This document shows positions 12,172 to 27,700 of a stretch of DNA of 64,000 nucleotides, in pieces (within the stretch, counting starts at the first letter, position 1; each line of letters opens with the position of its first letter). The stretch covers positions 1,845,559-1,909,558 of the forward strand of contig OZ316895.1 in the NCBI GenBank assembly GCA_973895155.1. Direction: 5' to 3'. The notes below the pieces were generated by a model. The model was not told where the DNA came from, made no database searches, and saw only the letters and a list, made by a program, of their open reading frames with translations. The position numbers and the translations under genes were made by a program. Source of the DNA: Marsupella aquatica (Eukaryota > Plantae > Marchantiophyta).

Positions 12172-15100
12172 ATGGCGAGCAAGTGGAATTCCGACAGGAA
12201 CGAGAATGAGGTGCCTTTACTGGAAGACGAAATGCTGTACCCGAATTGTCCCGGCTGCAAATGTGCTTATCTGTCTGCTAAAGGCGCTGGCCCGCCCGTG
12301 AAGGAGTTGTTCATGATCTCATCAGTGGTCTTGTGCAATGGTAAGGATTTCGTGATTGTCGTATGAATTGCGAGGACTTTAAAGAGTAATTTCATCAGGA
12401 AAATTGTCTTTGAACATGATGTGGTAATGTAGTAATATAGTAATGTAGAGACTACTGTTCTAAACATCCTTTCAAGCACTTTGTTTAATATTTACGGCCC
12501 GCTTATAGGATGGAGCTAAGTTTAGTAGCACTCGGAGGTATGTAGCTCGCTTCGAATAGCTGGCTACGAATGTAATTGTGCTGAGTTGGTTTCATGGATT
12601 GGTCGCCAAGATCAGCCATTTTATCTTAGGGAGAAATTGAACGAAAAGACTTTTGACTTCGAATTGTTAGAGAATTTAGATTTCCGTCGCTTACCTGGCT
12701 CTCCGTGAACAGATCATTTTGATATTGTCAATGAAAGGCTCCTAAAAATGTCCACGGGAATCTTGGACGAATGAGTGAAAGGGAGAGTAAATTTTCACGA
12801 TTGGAGGCGATGATCTCGAAACTTTCTCAGCTTAATTTATTGCACATGTAGTTTTCCGTATCAATTAAGTATTTGGGGTGTTTGTAAGGAACTTGCAAGG
12901 TGTCCTGTCTTTCAACCAGATCAGTCAAAGGAAACCAAGTCTATTGTGCTTAGCCTCGTCCGAGTGGGTGGGTGACCTCCACAGGTCCGCGTTGCTTAAA
13001 CAATTTCTTTAGTAAAAAATTGAGAGTGAGGTACATGAAGGTGCATATTGCATTTCTCCGCCGCATGAATGTTTTGCTTACTTAGCCCGCCACCGAGGGA
13101 CCATCAAGCTATTAAAGTTGGTGTTGCAGAGTGCGTGCCAGAATGCAAGGTGGCCGATCGTGTAGTTAAGGCATCCTGCACGATACAATTTATTGTCTAC
13201 TGGCGAGATCCTTAAAACGACTCGGCCCTGGAGAAGTGCGATGATCCACATGAAGGAATGGAGGTAGGAAGGTTCTCCCTTGGTATAAGAGGGAGCTGTT
13301 GGTGCAACCGGTATCTCTTCTTCCACATTTGGGTTTTAACTCTGCTGGAATTACTGATTTCTTCCTGGATTTTAGTCTCTGAAGGGCTAACCTCCCGATA
13401 CTTAATCGACTAAATCGACTAAATGCGAAATGAAATTCCTCGATGCGCCGAGCGTGAATAGTTCTCCTATCGTTATTCCGACCTCTTGGTATCAATTTCA
13501 AGATGATCTGTTCCCAGATAGCCCGTGAATTACAACCACTGAATAGGCTTTGTGCCATGAATTTGTCGGTCGATTTGTAGTGGTGGCACGAATTGACACC
13601 TTTGTTGGTTGTTCTGTTGTGCAGCCTTACCAATTTCTTCGTTGTTAGCTTTCCTTTACTTCATGGTACGTTACCCCAAATTTCTGAATTCGTTAGCCAA
13701 ATATACTAGATGGTCGATGCCGGTACCCGTTGGCCACAAATAAAAGGAATGTTTGATAGTGTTCCCGTCAGTTACTATGATGGCTTGTGTCCTTTTCGTA
13801 ATTCGGAAGTCTTTGACAAAGTGAATGAGGGTACATACTTGACAATGTACTGGAACATCGGGTTGGTCTGAAAGCGTTCCTGGATCAATTTCTGAATGGA
13901 ATGGACAATGATCTATTCAACTGTACGCTACGACGATACAAAGACCGGGGGTACAGGAGGTAGTGCCATCGTCTTCGTATCTTCAGAGGCATGTATCAAT
14001 GTATGTTGGACTAACAGCTTGTCTAAATCCGATGCGGGTCTTTCGTTTATGAACAGATAGACGATTTTCATGTAGCAAAGAGGACAGAGGACATCGGTTA
14101 TTACGCTGGTGCTGTCGGTGAGTTCTTGAAGCACAGAGCGTTTTCAAAAGTTTTATCTGATCAATATCTGTCACATTGTGAAGCTGTTTTATATTGAACT
14201 AGAACTGTATCAAAAGCTCTCCAGCGGAGGAGAGCTTTGCATATCCTCTATTTGATCGCTTGGTGGCCTTGGATGCAGTATCTGTATTTATGGTCGGTCG
14301 AGTCCTCAGTTCCGTGGCTTGGGGAATGGTTGCTGACAAATATGGACGGAGATCTGTATTTTTTCTAGGTCTCCTATCAATGTAAGCAATTTTCTGATAG
14401 CAACTCGCTGCCTGTTTTTACTCTTCGTATGCGTCACTTGCCTAGTTCATGCCATGCATTTTAGAGCTTGATGAATTGTCTTCTCCGTCTCAGTATCGTA
14501 CTTCAACCTGTGTTCGGGGCGTCCAAGAAATACTGGATCGCATTTGTAGCTCGATTCTTGCTCGGAGTCTTCAACGGTATGCTTGGGCCCCTCAAGGTGA
14601 GAATTGTTGCACCTAGTTGTTAGTTTCTGCATAGCTTGTTTAGTCGTCCTAGAGTCTCGAGAACTCTCACATTCCGTCAATTCTCCTTCCTGTTATTTCA
14701 TACTTTTGTCCGATTCGTAACCGTAGGAATTGGTGCAAGACGGCTTTCTAATGTCAGCAATACCAACGGGTAGTCTTCCGCCCGAGAATCACGCGAAACG
14801 GCTTTCCAATCGGATGCGCAATATTTAGCAGAAGAGTCGTCCGGGGACAAGATTGCTGGACATGCCTGGTATTGGATATTGAAAGTTCGCTGGATGGTTC
14901 TCATTTTTCAAAAACTCACATTGTTTTATTGGTTGGTGGCCGGTTTCTTCAGGCGTATGCGTCGGAGATTTGTAGCCCAGAAAGTCAAGCATGGGGACTG
15001 AACGTCGTAAGTTTCCGTTCTTATTTCAACTATTAATATGGTTTTGGAGGTTGCTAGAATAAGTGTATTGTGCATAAAATTCGGACCTGTAGAAATTAGA

Positions 15101-18100
15101 ATGCCCTCGATCTATCCATTGGGAGCTTATCAATGAGACATTCCTTTTTGTTCATGCGTATTATTGAGGGAAGCGAGAGATAATATTATAATTCTGTTGT
15201 GATCAATCTTGCAGGTTAGTACCAGTTGGAGTCTCGGTCTGATCGTTGGCCCAGCCCTGGGTGGTTTTCTTTCGAGGGTTTGTGTTTTCTACTGTCCATT
15301 ATCTAAATACCGGTTACTAGTTGTGCTGAAGTTGATAATTGACGAAGAGTGTGTTTTTCAATTGGAATAATCAACTTGTCGAAAGAATTGAATCATATTG
15401 TGACTGCGAGTATTGGTAAACTCAATATGTTTGAATATAGTTCTGGGTAGTGGCAATTCCAGCACACTATGGCTGACAGATTGAAGGATTAATGTTACCT
15501 ATGACTTCATATGACGAACATAGCGTTTTCTCTAAAGTTTTTGGGTCTTTATATCTGATCTTTGCTTTCTGATCTTTGCAGCCTGTCATTAATTATCCTG
15601 GAATTTTCAGCGAGGACTCCATATTTGCCTCGTAAGTCGCATCTGATTTGCTCTCATCTATATATGTCGTTAGTTTTCCTGAATTTTTAGCTAGGACTCA
15701 ATTAGCCTTAGAAGTAATGATATTTTACCCCACAATTTTGTGGCTGACTTAGTGGGGCCATGATGCCGTACAATGATTTGGTCTATAGTTCATGAGTTTC
15801 AGTTGTATTCTGAAGTTCTGAAGTTGAGACGTCGTTTTCAACCAGTATGGTCTATCCTTCATGTTGTAGGCTTCAATAATTAAATAAATCCTTCACCTTC
15901 TTTGGCTGGACGAGGTTGGTGGCAGCTGTGACTTAAATAGAAGTATGTTTTTGCTACAATAATGACTTGGATGTTGAGTTTCTTCTTACACTTGATGAGG
16001 GAGTCCTCCTCACCTATCATCTCCTTGCCTGCCTCCGATATTGATCTGTGGTGTTGATGCAGGTATCCTTATCTACTCCCGTCTCTTGTCCAAGCCGGGT
16101 TTTCTGTCTTTGAGTTGGGGGTCGTGTATTACCTTCCAGTATGTTTCTCCTCCTTTACTTTCTCGTTCTTGTTCTAAGATCATTGAGATGTATAGCGTAA
16201 GTACCCTACGAAGTAAATTTGCAAATTCTCTGCGATTGTGTTTCAGCAAAGCACAAAGCATTCCTCATCTTCAGTTGGGGGCAGCAAATTCTAAGGAAAA
16301 TATATACGCAGGAAACTATCCACAAACATGGCGAGGAGAGCCCCCCTGATGTTGAGCAGACGTTGGTTGAGAGCGTAAAATCTGAGAAATCTTCTCTGTG
16401 GCGAAATTGGCCTCTGATGGCATCTGTGGCCTTCTACTGTGTTTGGTCGCTCCATGAAATATCATTCTCCGAGGTGCGTATGTTCAATGACTGTCAGATC
16501 CTGTATAATAGTGTCCGCTAGGAATTTTAGATAGAACAGTCGTATGGGTACATTTCGGCAGTTTTATTGACTTTGTAATCCGGGCGCTGGTTTGGCTGCC
16601 ATGACACTACGACAAACCCTTGCGATTCTTGTTCCACGACTCTGTTCCAAATTTTGTTTTATGTAAATTGTCAATTCTTGTGTGCTGAGACGTGAAACTG
16701 CCTGAACTCGCAGATATTCGCAATGTGGTGTGTAAGCCCTACGGAAACCGGGGGACTGGCCTTAAAGTCTTCAGACGTTGGGACAATCCTGGCCATATCA
16801 GGTGTGATTGCTGGACTCGCTGTTCGACAAACTCCTGATGCAAGATTATCCATTCGAGATAAGCATTGAAAGATGTGCCATTCTGATTTACCGAAAAGAC
16901 TAGCGAAACAGAAACAGAACAATTGAACTAATCCACGGTTGCATCCAGCTGGAGTATTGCTCACCTTTGTTTCCTGTCCTCGCACCATTCTAACACTCAC
17001 CGTTTCTGCTGTTGTGTTGAGAAGGCTTCGGGATGCTTTGCGTCCAATTGGCTCTATTCCCCCCCCTATCTAAGCGCTTGGGCGCCATTTTGGCCACGCG
17101 TGCTCCAACGGTATGATATTCTTTTAGTGTCCTTTCTTCTGCAGTTTTCTACCGCACATTCCCCCTGCGTCCTTCTCTGCTCGATCTTGAAAGGTCCGAA
17201 AGCAAACATCTTGATGCTATATTGTGTGCGGATGCTTAACAGATGTTGGTGATACCGGTTGTTGCATTATTCCCCCTCATGCCGTATCTTCACGGACATC
17301 TGCAATGGTTGTCTATCAACGTACTGGCGCTGCTGCGGAACAGCTCGAGTGTAAGTAATCGGTCACTGCTGTCTTTTATACAATCTGTTACATAAGCGAA
17401 CACATTTCATACAGCAGATGAACGAATCAAGATGATTGCTATCAGTGATTATCTTTCTACATTAATGGGCAGTATTGGCTTCCAGTAGCTTGGGTGTTGT
17501 GCTAACGTTTGTGATAGTAAATTACGCAGGCAATGGCAGTGACGGCATCCTTTATGCTGGTGAATAACGCCGTGGTATGTAGAATTTAATTAGGCGGTCC
17601 CCCTTTTTCCGTGTTCCATTCTCAACTCTGTGTTATTTTGGATTGCCGTTTAGTTTTTCCGAGGTTTTCGTGTTGACGTGGCGCTGGTTGAACTTTGCAG
17701 CCAACGGAACATCGCGGAGCTGCCAATGGAATTTCTCTCAGCTGTGTATCGGTTTTCAGAGCTATAGGACCTGCTGTGGGCGGTGCAGTGTACGTCACTG
17801 ACGCCATGTGTATTGTCCCCACTATGTCTGTTGTAAAGTCACAGAGCAAAGCTGCCCTTCCATGAAGTCCCGCCGTGTTGAGAAGATGCTCCTCATATTG
17901 TCTACTCGAAGTTTTGGACTGATTTCGCAGTATCCTTGTGTTTGGTTTCTTATGGAATTTTGATGTTTGTGCATTATTTTATGCAGTTTCGCTTGGAGCC
18001 AGAGTCGACGCAATGCAAAATTCCTTCCAGGTAATGTTTTCATGGATTTATTCAGCGCAGTTCTCCATGCTGGTTCTGGAGCACGCCAATCCTTGTACAA

Positions 18101-18355
18101 TACTGGAATCAATTTCTAATTGTTACCTGTCGGACATATTTGTTGTCGAAGATTGCACTACTAAACATCAACATTTCTTTTTACACTGCAGGTAGTCAGA
18201 TTGTATTTGCCATGCTGGACTTAATTTGCGTGGCAGCTCTGTTCATAACGTTTCCACCCATTTTGCCGAAGCATCTCGACAAACCGTACTCCGAGTTCCA
18301 TGCTGAAGAATGTCGCGAAGTCAAGGACAAGGAAAACATCCCTATCCTTCAATAG
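12172..18355 (+). CDS. ZIFL: ZINC INDUCED FACILITATOR-LIKE MFS transporter, about 501 aa, 17 exons
   Basis: GT-AG exons: 12172-12340, 13625-13665, 14057-14117, 14279-14381, 14494-14596, 14953-15006, 15215-15277, 15582-15631, 16063-16138, 16312-16473, 16714-16801, 17025-17110, 17243-17350, 17530-17574, 17701-17789, 17987-18030, 18192-18355 (1506 nt, in frame). ZIFL hallmarks: YPNCPGC, ALPISSL.FLYFM, DIGYYAG, WGMVADKYGRR, AYASEIC, GPALGGFL, RNWPLM, RGAANGIS. Confidence 0.93.
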
Positions 18356-21300
18356 TGTTCCACAATTTCTGGGTAAGGGCTGCAGTCATGAGGGGTTCCG
18401 TGCCTTGAATCGGGTCGTCTGGCGTTGGAGAGAGTTACACTCATGCCAACTTGAGGATCTCAAGCTGTGCAGGCGAGGTGAATTTTGCAGACGAAGAATT
18501 GCACAAGTTTCGAGATAAAGTAGTTCAGCAGGCACTCCATTGATCGTCGGTAACTATTTAGCGACAAATTCTTTCGAAAGGGTCTATGGTCGTAGAGGCT
18601 AATTCGACCAGAATGTGTCGAGTTGCCCATATTTTTGACACAAATTGATGAGAAGAGTAGAAAGTCTGAAATTATTGTAATTATGTGGACATCAGGTGGG
18701 AGAGAGTAACTGTCATAAATGTTCCATTGAGATGCTTTACTCCAACACTAAAACCCAAACCGAGAGCCGAAGCGAGCGTTTCACACCCACAAGGTGTTGA
18801 ATTGTATTCCTACAAATTAATTATATGAAGAAAAGAATTGCCTCTACAAAGGTGTTACGTTCACATCGTCGTCTTCAAACTTCAAACATTTGGGTATACT
18901 AGCATCCTTTGCTCGTAATGCCAAATTCTAGGGAGAAACTCCAGTACATTTGACTTTTGAAAATTCTACTTTCCACACGATTCATTAAAGGATACATCGG
19001 TACCTGGAATGAATGTCAATTCACACAAAAGTTTCCCTCGTCAAACTTTGAGATTTCATCACTCAACAACAGCAATTTTATGACCAAGACTTGAGATAGC
19101 TTTATGGGCCAATTCCAAGGAGTGGGAAAGCACGGCCTCGGCAGTAAGAAATTTGGGTGTCGGGAGTCCCGAGAGCAACTCTACAGCTAGAGCAAGCTAA
19201 ATTAATACTATTAAGGAAAGGATCACGGATGCTAGCTTGCATCCATGGTTGCTTGGGAGATCGAACAGAGAGTTGGGGCAAGGGTTCAAAGACATGGAAT
19301 GGACGTTGGGAGCGATGGCTTGCGGAAAACAGTAGGGTGGAAGTCCAGTTGTTGCATCACCCTCAGCTAGAGAAGGCTATATCCAGGGTGCCCAAAATGT
19401 TCCAAAGCTATAGGACGTCAACCCGCCCAACCTCCGCTTCTTCTCCCATGAGTCTTTAACCTCGTTTTCCCCAATTAGCGAGTCCATGTGTCGAAATCTT
19501 GTTCCCTGATTGCATTGCTCACCATCGCTAGGAAACTGCACAAAGCGGTATCATCAATCACTTCAATTTCAGAAACAACCGTACTAAAGCACTTTAGCAG
19601 TCATCAATGCCCGCTCGTCTCCGTCGACACTTGGCCGAGTGCGGCATGAAATATCATTTCATTATGTTGTGGTCACCGTTCTCGGAAATGTTGATAGTAT
19701 CAACTTGTTGCCAAACAGTTTTGTCAAAGTTTCAGTGAATACTTGAACGGAGTTAGACTGAGGGTATGTGTGGATTATTAGGTGATTGGAGAGTTAGGCG
19801 CTTCTAGCTCCGTGACACCTCCGAACGGAGTTAGACTGAGGATTTGCGTGCTGTCTATGGAGAGATCCCGCCTATAGATATCAGCAAAAAGCATTTTCGG
19901 CCAGCTGTGATAGAACATGATCTTCATATGGTTGCCACCATCCAATCTCTAATTGATTATCTCCCAATGTCGGGTACTCTTATTTTACCAATGATAGTCA
20001 GTCCATGTACAAATGCGTGGTATTCCACTTCACCAGTGTCTGAAAAAGCTGACCGGGTGGTCTGCCTACTGACTCAGTGTCGAACAAGAGTGGCCAGACG
20101 GCCTCTGAAGGAATGCGTCCAGCAGTGGGCATGCAGATTACAGGCCATAAATCTCAGGGGGCTTACAGCAGGTCGATCGTTCAGTCGATGCCCAATGCAA
20201 GTTAGAGCTGCTCAGCCGTGCACTGGTGCACTCAGGGAGAGACTATTCTGTGAATGTGAAAGTTAAGAGGAGACTGGCCTTTCCAAAGAGAAGGTGATTG
20301 GACGAGCTGCGGAGAAGCTGGCAACAAGGAGGACGAAGAAAATGAGAATCTAGCGAACATCGAGGTGGAAAATTGAAGAATCTGATGGGTAGTTTTTTGT
20401 TGTAGATTTCTAGAGGGTCTGGCTGATGAATATATGCTAGAATCTTGGTTGGTTATGAGCTATGAGTGAGATGGGTCAGATGGGTGAATCAGTTTTAAAC
20501 CAGCAGTCTACAGATCCAACTAAAGTGGTGCTTTTGCGTAAGTCACCAACCCCTATTCACGTGAAGAACTGGTTGAGGATGTGAATTAACCTCGCGATTC
20601 CGGGGCTGACATATAATGTGCAGATGCATACTGATCACTCAGATGATGGACGCATCGGATGGGATGGTATCAGCGGTGGTATGAGATGGGGTGGTATCGA
20701 AGGATGGATGTTAAGACGTGTGGATGGAGTTAGTATTTTGAATGGGAGAGCTATATGCTGCCCTGGGATCGTCGACCTGTTCAGAACGTACGTGAACCCG
20801 ATGCAGGCTGTGTTGGGTCCAATTCACACTGACCACCTTCACAATTAATGTCAGCATTGTTTTATTTACGAAATCTTTGAAGTCCGGACGATACTCTTGA
20901 GAGCAGTCACACTTTTAGTTATAAATTAGATGACCGTTTGATTCGAATTTAGACAGTTACTCAGGGTATACACAGCATTTGACACTACAGCAGGGAGCTA
21001 CAATTTCTGTCATCCAGATAAGCCCTTGACATGGATAATGCAAATTCATACGAGGACATTGATTCTCTCGATTTATTTCGCAAGAGGGCATATTCTGTTT
21101 GTAGTTTTTTCCCGAGTCAGTGCCAAATTCATTCAGATGTTGTGTTCTATAAATCAATAAATTCTCTTTCCACAGCTTCCACTTCTACTTCCAGAATACA
21201 ATTTTGAATTTTGGCGTCTGTATTGAGCTGGAATGGATAAAGTCGGCTCAAATTGGATCAATGCATTTTTGGAGTGGGGCGTCCCGAATTGAGCTGGAAT

Positions 21301-21730
21301 GAATGAGCTGGACGGGCGGCCTTCCAGCTCAGCAGGAGGCCCTGATGAGCTGGAAATAGACTGCATAAAACGACCGTCGAGCCTATAAAATGACGCCAAC
21401 ATTTTATAAGAAATAATCCCAGAAACTTTTAGTGAGTGTTCCAACTTCACTTTTAATTAGTAATTGCTCTTAGGAGAGGAGAAGAGATTACCGGTGTGGA
21501 ACCATTTGTGCACGGGGCGTGCTATAGTCATAATCTGCTGTCCTGAAAAGTCGAGCAGGTAACTTCTTTCTGGGCAAGAGTTATGTACGCTAATGCAGGG
21601 AAGGGCTGGGGTTATAAATTGTAACCGGCTCCCGGAAATCAATATTCAAAGAAGCTTTCTGGCTGCCGTCAGTCAATTTCTTTTCATATTTCGTACGCAA
21701 GATTACAGCCTAGTAACCCTGCGCCCAGAC

Positions 21731-24700
21731 TGTAGAGCAAAGACAACAATCGTAACGGCAAGCCCATGAACCATCCAACGCACAGTAGTCGACACAGAGA
21801 GATACGTGGTTCACCTCCACATGAGGCTGCGTCCACGGGAACACACGAGAGCTTTATTGCACTCTAGGCTGACCGGCCATACCAAGCATCCACAGTGCAA
21901 ACTCTCCCTATCTCTCAACTAGCTCCGTAACAATGAGCCTGAGTTCCCACTCTCCAAGCAAACACCGCTTGGTTATAGAGTGTGCACAGCATGACTAACC
22001 TAACCAAGTCTGCAACTAAGGTTAGCCTTAATTACGGTACAGTCGTAACTCTAGACCTAAGAGTAAATCCTAACAATCTCCCCTTTGACTCTGGTCTAGG
22101 GGAGGGTAAAGACTGCTACCAATATGATTGCTCAGCGGGAAATTCTGGAAAGGAAAACCAAACCGATTTTCCCCTCTTTATACGGGAGTAGACTAGAACT
22201 AAGCCATAGCCTATACAAGGAATGAGCAAGAGCATATCTCAGTATCTACAAAAATGGTAAGTAACCCTACCTGTGAGGCATTTGCAAAACCTGCAACGCA
22301 TCACGGTGTCTAGAAAAACTCTCCAAAGGAATCACTTTGGTAAAAGCGTCAGCCGGGTTGAGTTTACCGTCAATCTTGACTAGCTCAAACATATTATCAG
22401 ACATAGCTTGCCTGATAAAATGGTACCTGACGTCAATGTGCTTCACTCTGCTGTCCATCACCTGGTTCACAGCAAGGTGGAGCGCACTCTGACTATCACA
22501 ATGGAGCTTCACATTCCCCTATGGCAATCTCATCTCAGTGATCAGTCTATCCAACCAAATCGCTTCCTTTGCTGCTTCCACTGCTGCAACATACTTCGCT
22601 TCTGCAAAGTAGACCTCCAACTTATGCATCCACCTCCCAGTGTGAACACATAACCTGTTGTTGACCTCCTTCGATCCAGATCCTGTGCATAGTCAGCATC
22701 TACATAGCCCATCAATGATCTAGCATTATCAGCATGTGCATCAAACAATAGACCATGATCCACGGTACCCTTCAAATACCGAATAATCCACTTCAATGCT
22801 TCCCAGTGTACCTTCCCTAGATTCGACATGTACCTGCTCACCTTGCCCATAGCCATGGCAAGATCAGGTCTAGTGCAAGTCATCAAATACATGAGACTCC
22901 CCACTGCCTTGTCATACGAAACCTTTGACATCAACCCCTTCTCAGTGTCATCCGTAGGACAGAACGCTGATGATAACTTGAAGTATGGAGCCAACGGGGT
23001 ACTTACTGGCTTGCTATCCCCAATGTTGAACCTTGCAATTACCTTCCTCGCATAACTGCTTTGCGTCAACCATAGCTTGCCAGCCTCCAAGTCCCTAGTG
23101 ATCTCCATACCCAAAAGCCTCTTAGCTGGCCCTAAGTCCTTCATCTTAAACTCTGCACTTAGCAGTGCCTTGAGCTTAACAATCTCAGACCTATCCTTGG
23201 CCGCAATAAGCATGTCATCCACATAAAGTACTAAAACAATGAACCCAAAAATAACATTCTTCACCGGTTTAAGATACACACATGGGTCAAACACACTCCT
23301 GTGAAAGTCTTGTGCACAAATCCAATCATCAAACCGCTTATTCCACTATCTTGGTGACTACTTCAACCCGTACAAGGATCTCAGCAATCTGCAAACCAAA
23401 TCCTCTTGCCCTTTCTTCACAAAACCTAGCGGCTATCTCATGAAGATCACCTCTTCCAAGGTGCCATAGAGGAAAGTTGTGACAACATCCATCTGATCTA
23501 GCAGCAGACCAAACATAACAACAAGCACACACAATAGCCGTATTGTTGAGTACTTAGCAACTGGTGAGAAGACCTGATTGTAATCCACACCTTTTTCCTG
23601 TGTGAATCCCTTGGCTACCAACCTAGCCTTATAGACCTTCGATCCACCTCCTGTGGACTGATCCTTCAGCTTGTATATCCACTTGCTGTCCCTCAGGCAC
23701 CTTGACAAGCTCCCAAGTTTTGTTGTCCTTCAGTGACTGCATCTCCGTTTGCATTGCTGCAGTCCACTCCTGCTTCTCCTTTGAAGCACTTGCTTCATGG
23801 AATGAAGAAGGTTCTCCTTCTTCCAAAATCAATGCATCACCCTCATCATCAGTAACAAATTCCTCCTCTTGCAACTGAGATGAATCAACCCACTGTCCAT
23901 ACTTCGGTGGAGCGCGTACAGTGCAGCCATATATTCTTCTAGCCGATGACTCCGGTTGATCTGCGTGTGCTGGTACAATTTGAAGCTCAGCAGCATCCAC
24001 TTGCTGCTCACCAACATCAACAAACTCCTCTGGTTCCTCTGGCACAGGAACCAACTCCATAATTGGAGCAACTCTTTCTCTCCGGTCATGCACCTCATGA
24101 CCAATCTCTCCCTCAATGAGATCCGGGATAGGAAATTTTCCTTTGTCAGTACGGGAGACCTGAGTATTCTCCCCCTCCTTCAATAATCTGGATTCATTGA
24201 AGGAAACATCCCTACCGATAACAAGCTTACAGGCAATAGGATCCCATAACATATAAGCTTTCACACCACTCTGGTACACAAGAAAAACACATTTCTTGGA
24301 GGTAGGATCCAACTTGGTCCTAATCTGCTTCGGTGTGAGAGCATATGCATCACTTCCAAAAACTATCAAGCCATGATAGTCTGCTTGCTGCTTATAGTGC
24401 ATCTCAAACAGCGTTTTGAAATTGATAGCACTAGAAGGAGACATATTTACCAAATAAGCTGCGGTATTGACAGCTTCTGCCCAAAATTCTTGTGGTAAAC
24501 CTGATTGGCTCAGCATACTCCGTGACCACTCTAATAGTGTTCAATTGAGCCTCTCAGCGACACCATTCTGCTGCGGAGTATAAACTGTGGTGAGATGGCG
24601 AGTTATCCCCTATTCTGAATAATACTCTTCAAATTCCACTAAAGTGTACTCCCTGCCGTTGTCTGACCTCAGATATTTCATCCTTGTATCCAAACACTTG

Positions 24701-27700
24701 ACCGTGTTTTCAGTCTGATTCTCCATGTGGGCCTTCCACTTCTTAAAAATGGACAAGACATCAGACTTATGCGTCATTAAATAAATCCACACAAATCTTG
24801 AGTAATCGTCAATAAATGATACATAGTACAACTTTCCAGAGTGTGAGGGAGTCGGGGATGGACTCCACACGTCACTATGTATGTACTCAAGAACCACTTT
24901 GGAACGATGAGTTCCAACACCGAAAGCACGACAATGCTGCTTTCCAAGAATGCAGTGCTCACAGAACTCTAATTTACAAGATTCTAAATCAGAAATGAGT
25001 CCATTCTTCCGTAAGATAGCCAAACCCTTCTCACTCATGTGGCCTAGCCGTGAATGCCACAATTGAGTCATCTCCTCGTGAGACTTGGTTACATTGGCCT
25101 CTTCACATACAATATTGCCCTGCAACACATACAAATTTTTCTGTCTGCTCCCTTTCAAAATCACTGTCTCTCCCGACCTGACTTGAAGTTCACCATCAAC
25201 AACGCTCCATTGATGACCATTTGAATCCAACACACCGAGTAAAATCAAATTCTTACGCATGCCAGGTACATATCTAACTCCGGACACTGTGCACACAGCG
25301 CCATCAAACATTTGAATCTTCACAGACCCAATACCCTCAATTTGACAGGAGTGATCATTTCCCATTAGAACTAAACCGTTTGAAACAGAGTAAGAACTGA
25401 AAAACTCACGAATGTAACAAATGTGAAAAGAGCAAGTACAATCAAGAATCCACATATCATTTGCTCTCCTAGATGACGTGCATAGGGCATACCCCTGGCT
25501 TCATAATACATACTCATCATTGAGTAAATCAACATCTCCATCAGCCCTAGCCACATTTACCGATGAAGATTCAACTGCCTTTCCCTTATAGTCTCGCTTG
25601 AAGTGTCCAACCTGGTTGCAGTTCCAACATGTCACCTGCCTTCTATGAGGGGATTTGCCCCTGGACTTAGATCTGGATTTAGATCTAAACTGGGTTCTAC
25701 GGTCCCCAGTTGGTCGCTGCATACTCCTCCCACGGTTAACATTGAGGACAGCACTAGAGGATGAAGGTTGTGACATGATGTGCATCTTCTGTTGAAGATC
25801 ATCACTAAGCAGAGAACTTATCACGTCATTGTATGAAATGGTATCCCTATCACGATGCAACAACACTCGTGATAGGGACTGGTAAGATGGAGGCAATGAA
25901 CTGAGAAGCTGCAGAGCCTTCGTCTCATCATTCAAAGTCTCCCCAAGGTTTTCCAAGTCAACGACCATGTCGTTGAAAGCATCCACATGCCCGTACACAT
26001 GGTCCTGCAATTTTGTACCGGATTCCTTCATCCTGAAACTCATCAGTTTGTAGGAAGTATAAAGCCGGTTCGACAACTCCTTGCGGTGATACTTGCTCTG
26101 CAATTCTGCAAACAAGGACATGCAATCCTTATGTGCACCCAACTGCTTGATGATGGGAGGCATGAGATAGAGTATAATACATCACACTCCCTGCTCCTGC
26201 ATGCGGTCCCCTTGTTTCTCATCAACATCGTCTTCACGAGGGCTCAGCAGTTGGCCCATCCCTGACGCATAGAGCACTCCCTTCACCTGCTTCTCCCAGA
26301 ATAAGTAGTTAGAGCGCCCATCATACTTTGTCACTTCATACTTGGGTCCCCCAAGCTTGAATGTCCCTATCTTCTTCTTTGGTACTACCGTGAGCTCCGG
26401 TAGTAGAACAGCTTCCTCCACCACACGCCGCACCGATGATGGTACCGGTGTCACGTGCTCTTCCTCCTGATCCTCTCTCTGCCCCTCAAACTATTGCGGT
26501 GATCCTCGTGCTTCAAGTTCCACGTCTTCAAAAAAACTCCTCCGAATCACTCATATGAGAAAATCACAAAAAAATGTCATTTTTCACAACTTCTCAAAAC
26601 ACTCAAAACTAAACACCGTCGCGTAGCCCACGAAGCTAGGAGTCCAACACTAAAAACCAAAATCAAAATCAAAATTTGACAGAAAAGTTATTCAAATTTC
26701 GGTCGGGGTGAGTAAAACCTTGGGAAACTCCCCCATTTTGACCACCTCAGGGAATAACCGAAATGCCAAGTACAACCCGTCGTCGAAATCACAATTTGAT
26801 TGGTACGCCGCGTTGCTAACTTCAATGGCTACGACCTCACCGAAAAAGAACCGAAAAAATTTCCATTCGGCGTGCGGAATCTTTGTCAAGAATATTCTCT
26901 GTACAATACCGCAGGGCTCACAAGGGGCCGTTCCCCCTGTCCAAGCGGTTAAATCCGGGGGTGGCAGGTCCCGGCAAAGGCAGAACCAATAAGGAGGGAG
27001 GAGGGATTAAATAAAACCGGGCCCAAAAGGGGTTTTAAGGCCCCTTAAGAAAAAATGCACGTATCAAGGACCGGGCCGGGGTCGTGCAAGGGTGTACGAA
27101 GGGCGCGGGGAACGAAGCGGCTGCATACGCAACCATGAGTACACTAAGGACCGCGCATACGATGACGGGACGGGGCCGCGGTAGTGACCGGCACGGTATG
27201 GCGGAGGGCGTACGAGCACGCAAAAAGCTCCGGCCGGCGCTACGCAGCTCGTCGCCATGGCTGCAAACCGGAGAGAAAATGAGGGTACAAGGGGCCGGCC
27301 AATACTGTGTGTGTATACACACATAGTATACACCCAACTAGGGTGTTTAAAGCCCCTTTAAAAATAAAAAAGGACTCCAAAGAGAACTGTGTCGATAACA
27401 CACCTTTGCCACTGCCATTTACATGAAAAAAGTGAATGCCGTCAATGGAAAAAGTTGTCGAGTTGCACCGACACACTCTGCTGCTCCAGCAAAGGAAAAA
27501 CTTCTGTCACGTCGCCATCACTCTGCGTCAAGTGCCAATCCCGGACTCAAAACAACCGTCTCGCCGCGATCTCACCGTTGAGCTGTAGCACTTCGCATTT
27601 CTTCCTCCAAGTCGGACGTCACGATGAGAAACCCGGTTCAGATGGGAACAAGCTCCATAGCCTGTGAAAAAACCTGAACGCTTCGTTCACTCGTCACGAC

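Noticed and set aside
19744-19842. 19-bp direct repeat GAACGGAGTTAGACTGAGG x2, superficially repeat-spacer-repeat
   Set aside because: Only two copies, eukaryotic context and no cas genes; a local duplication.
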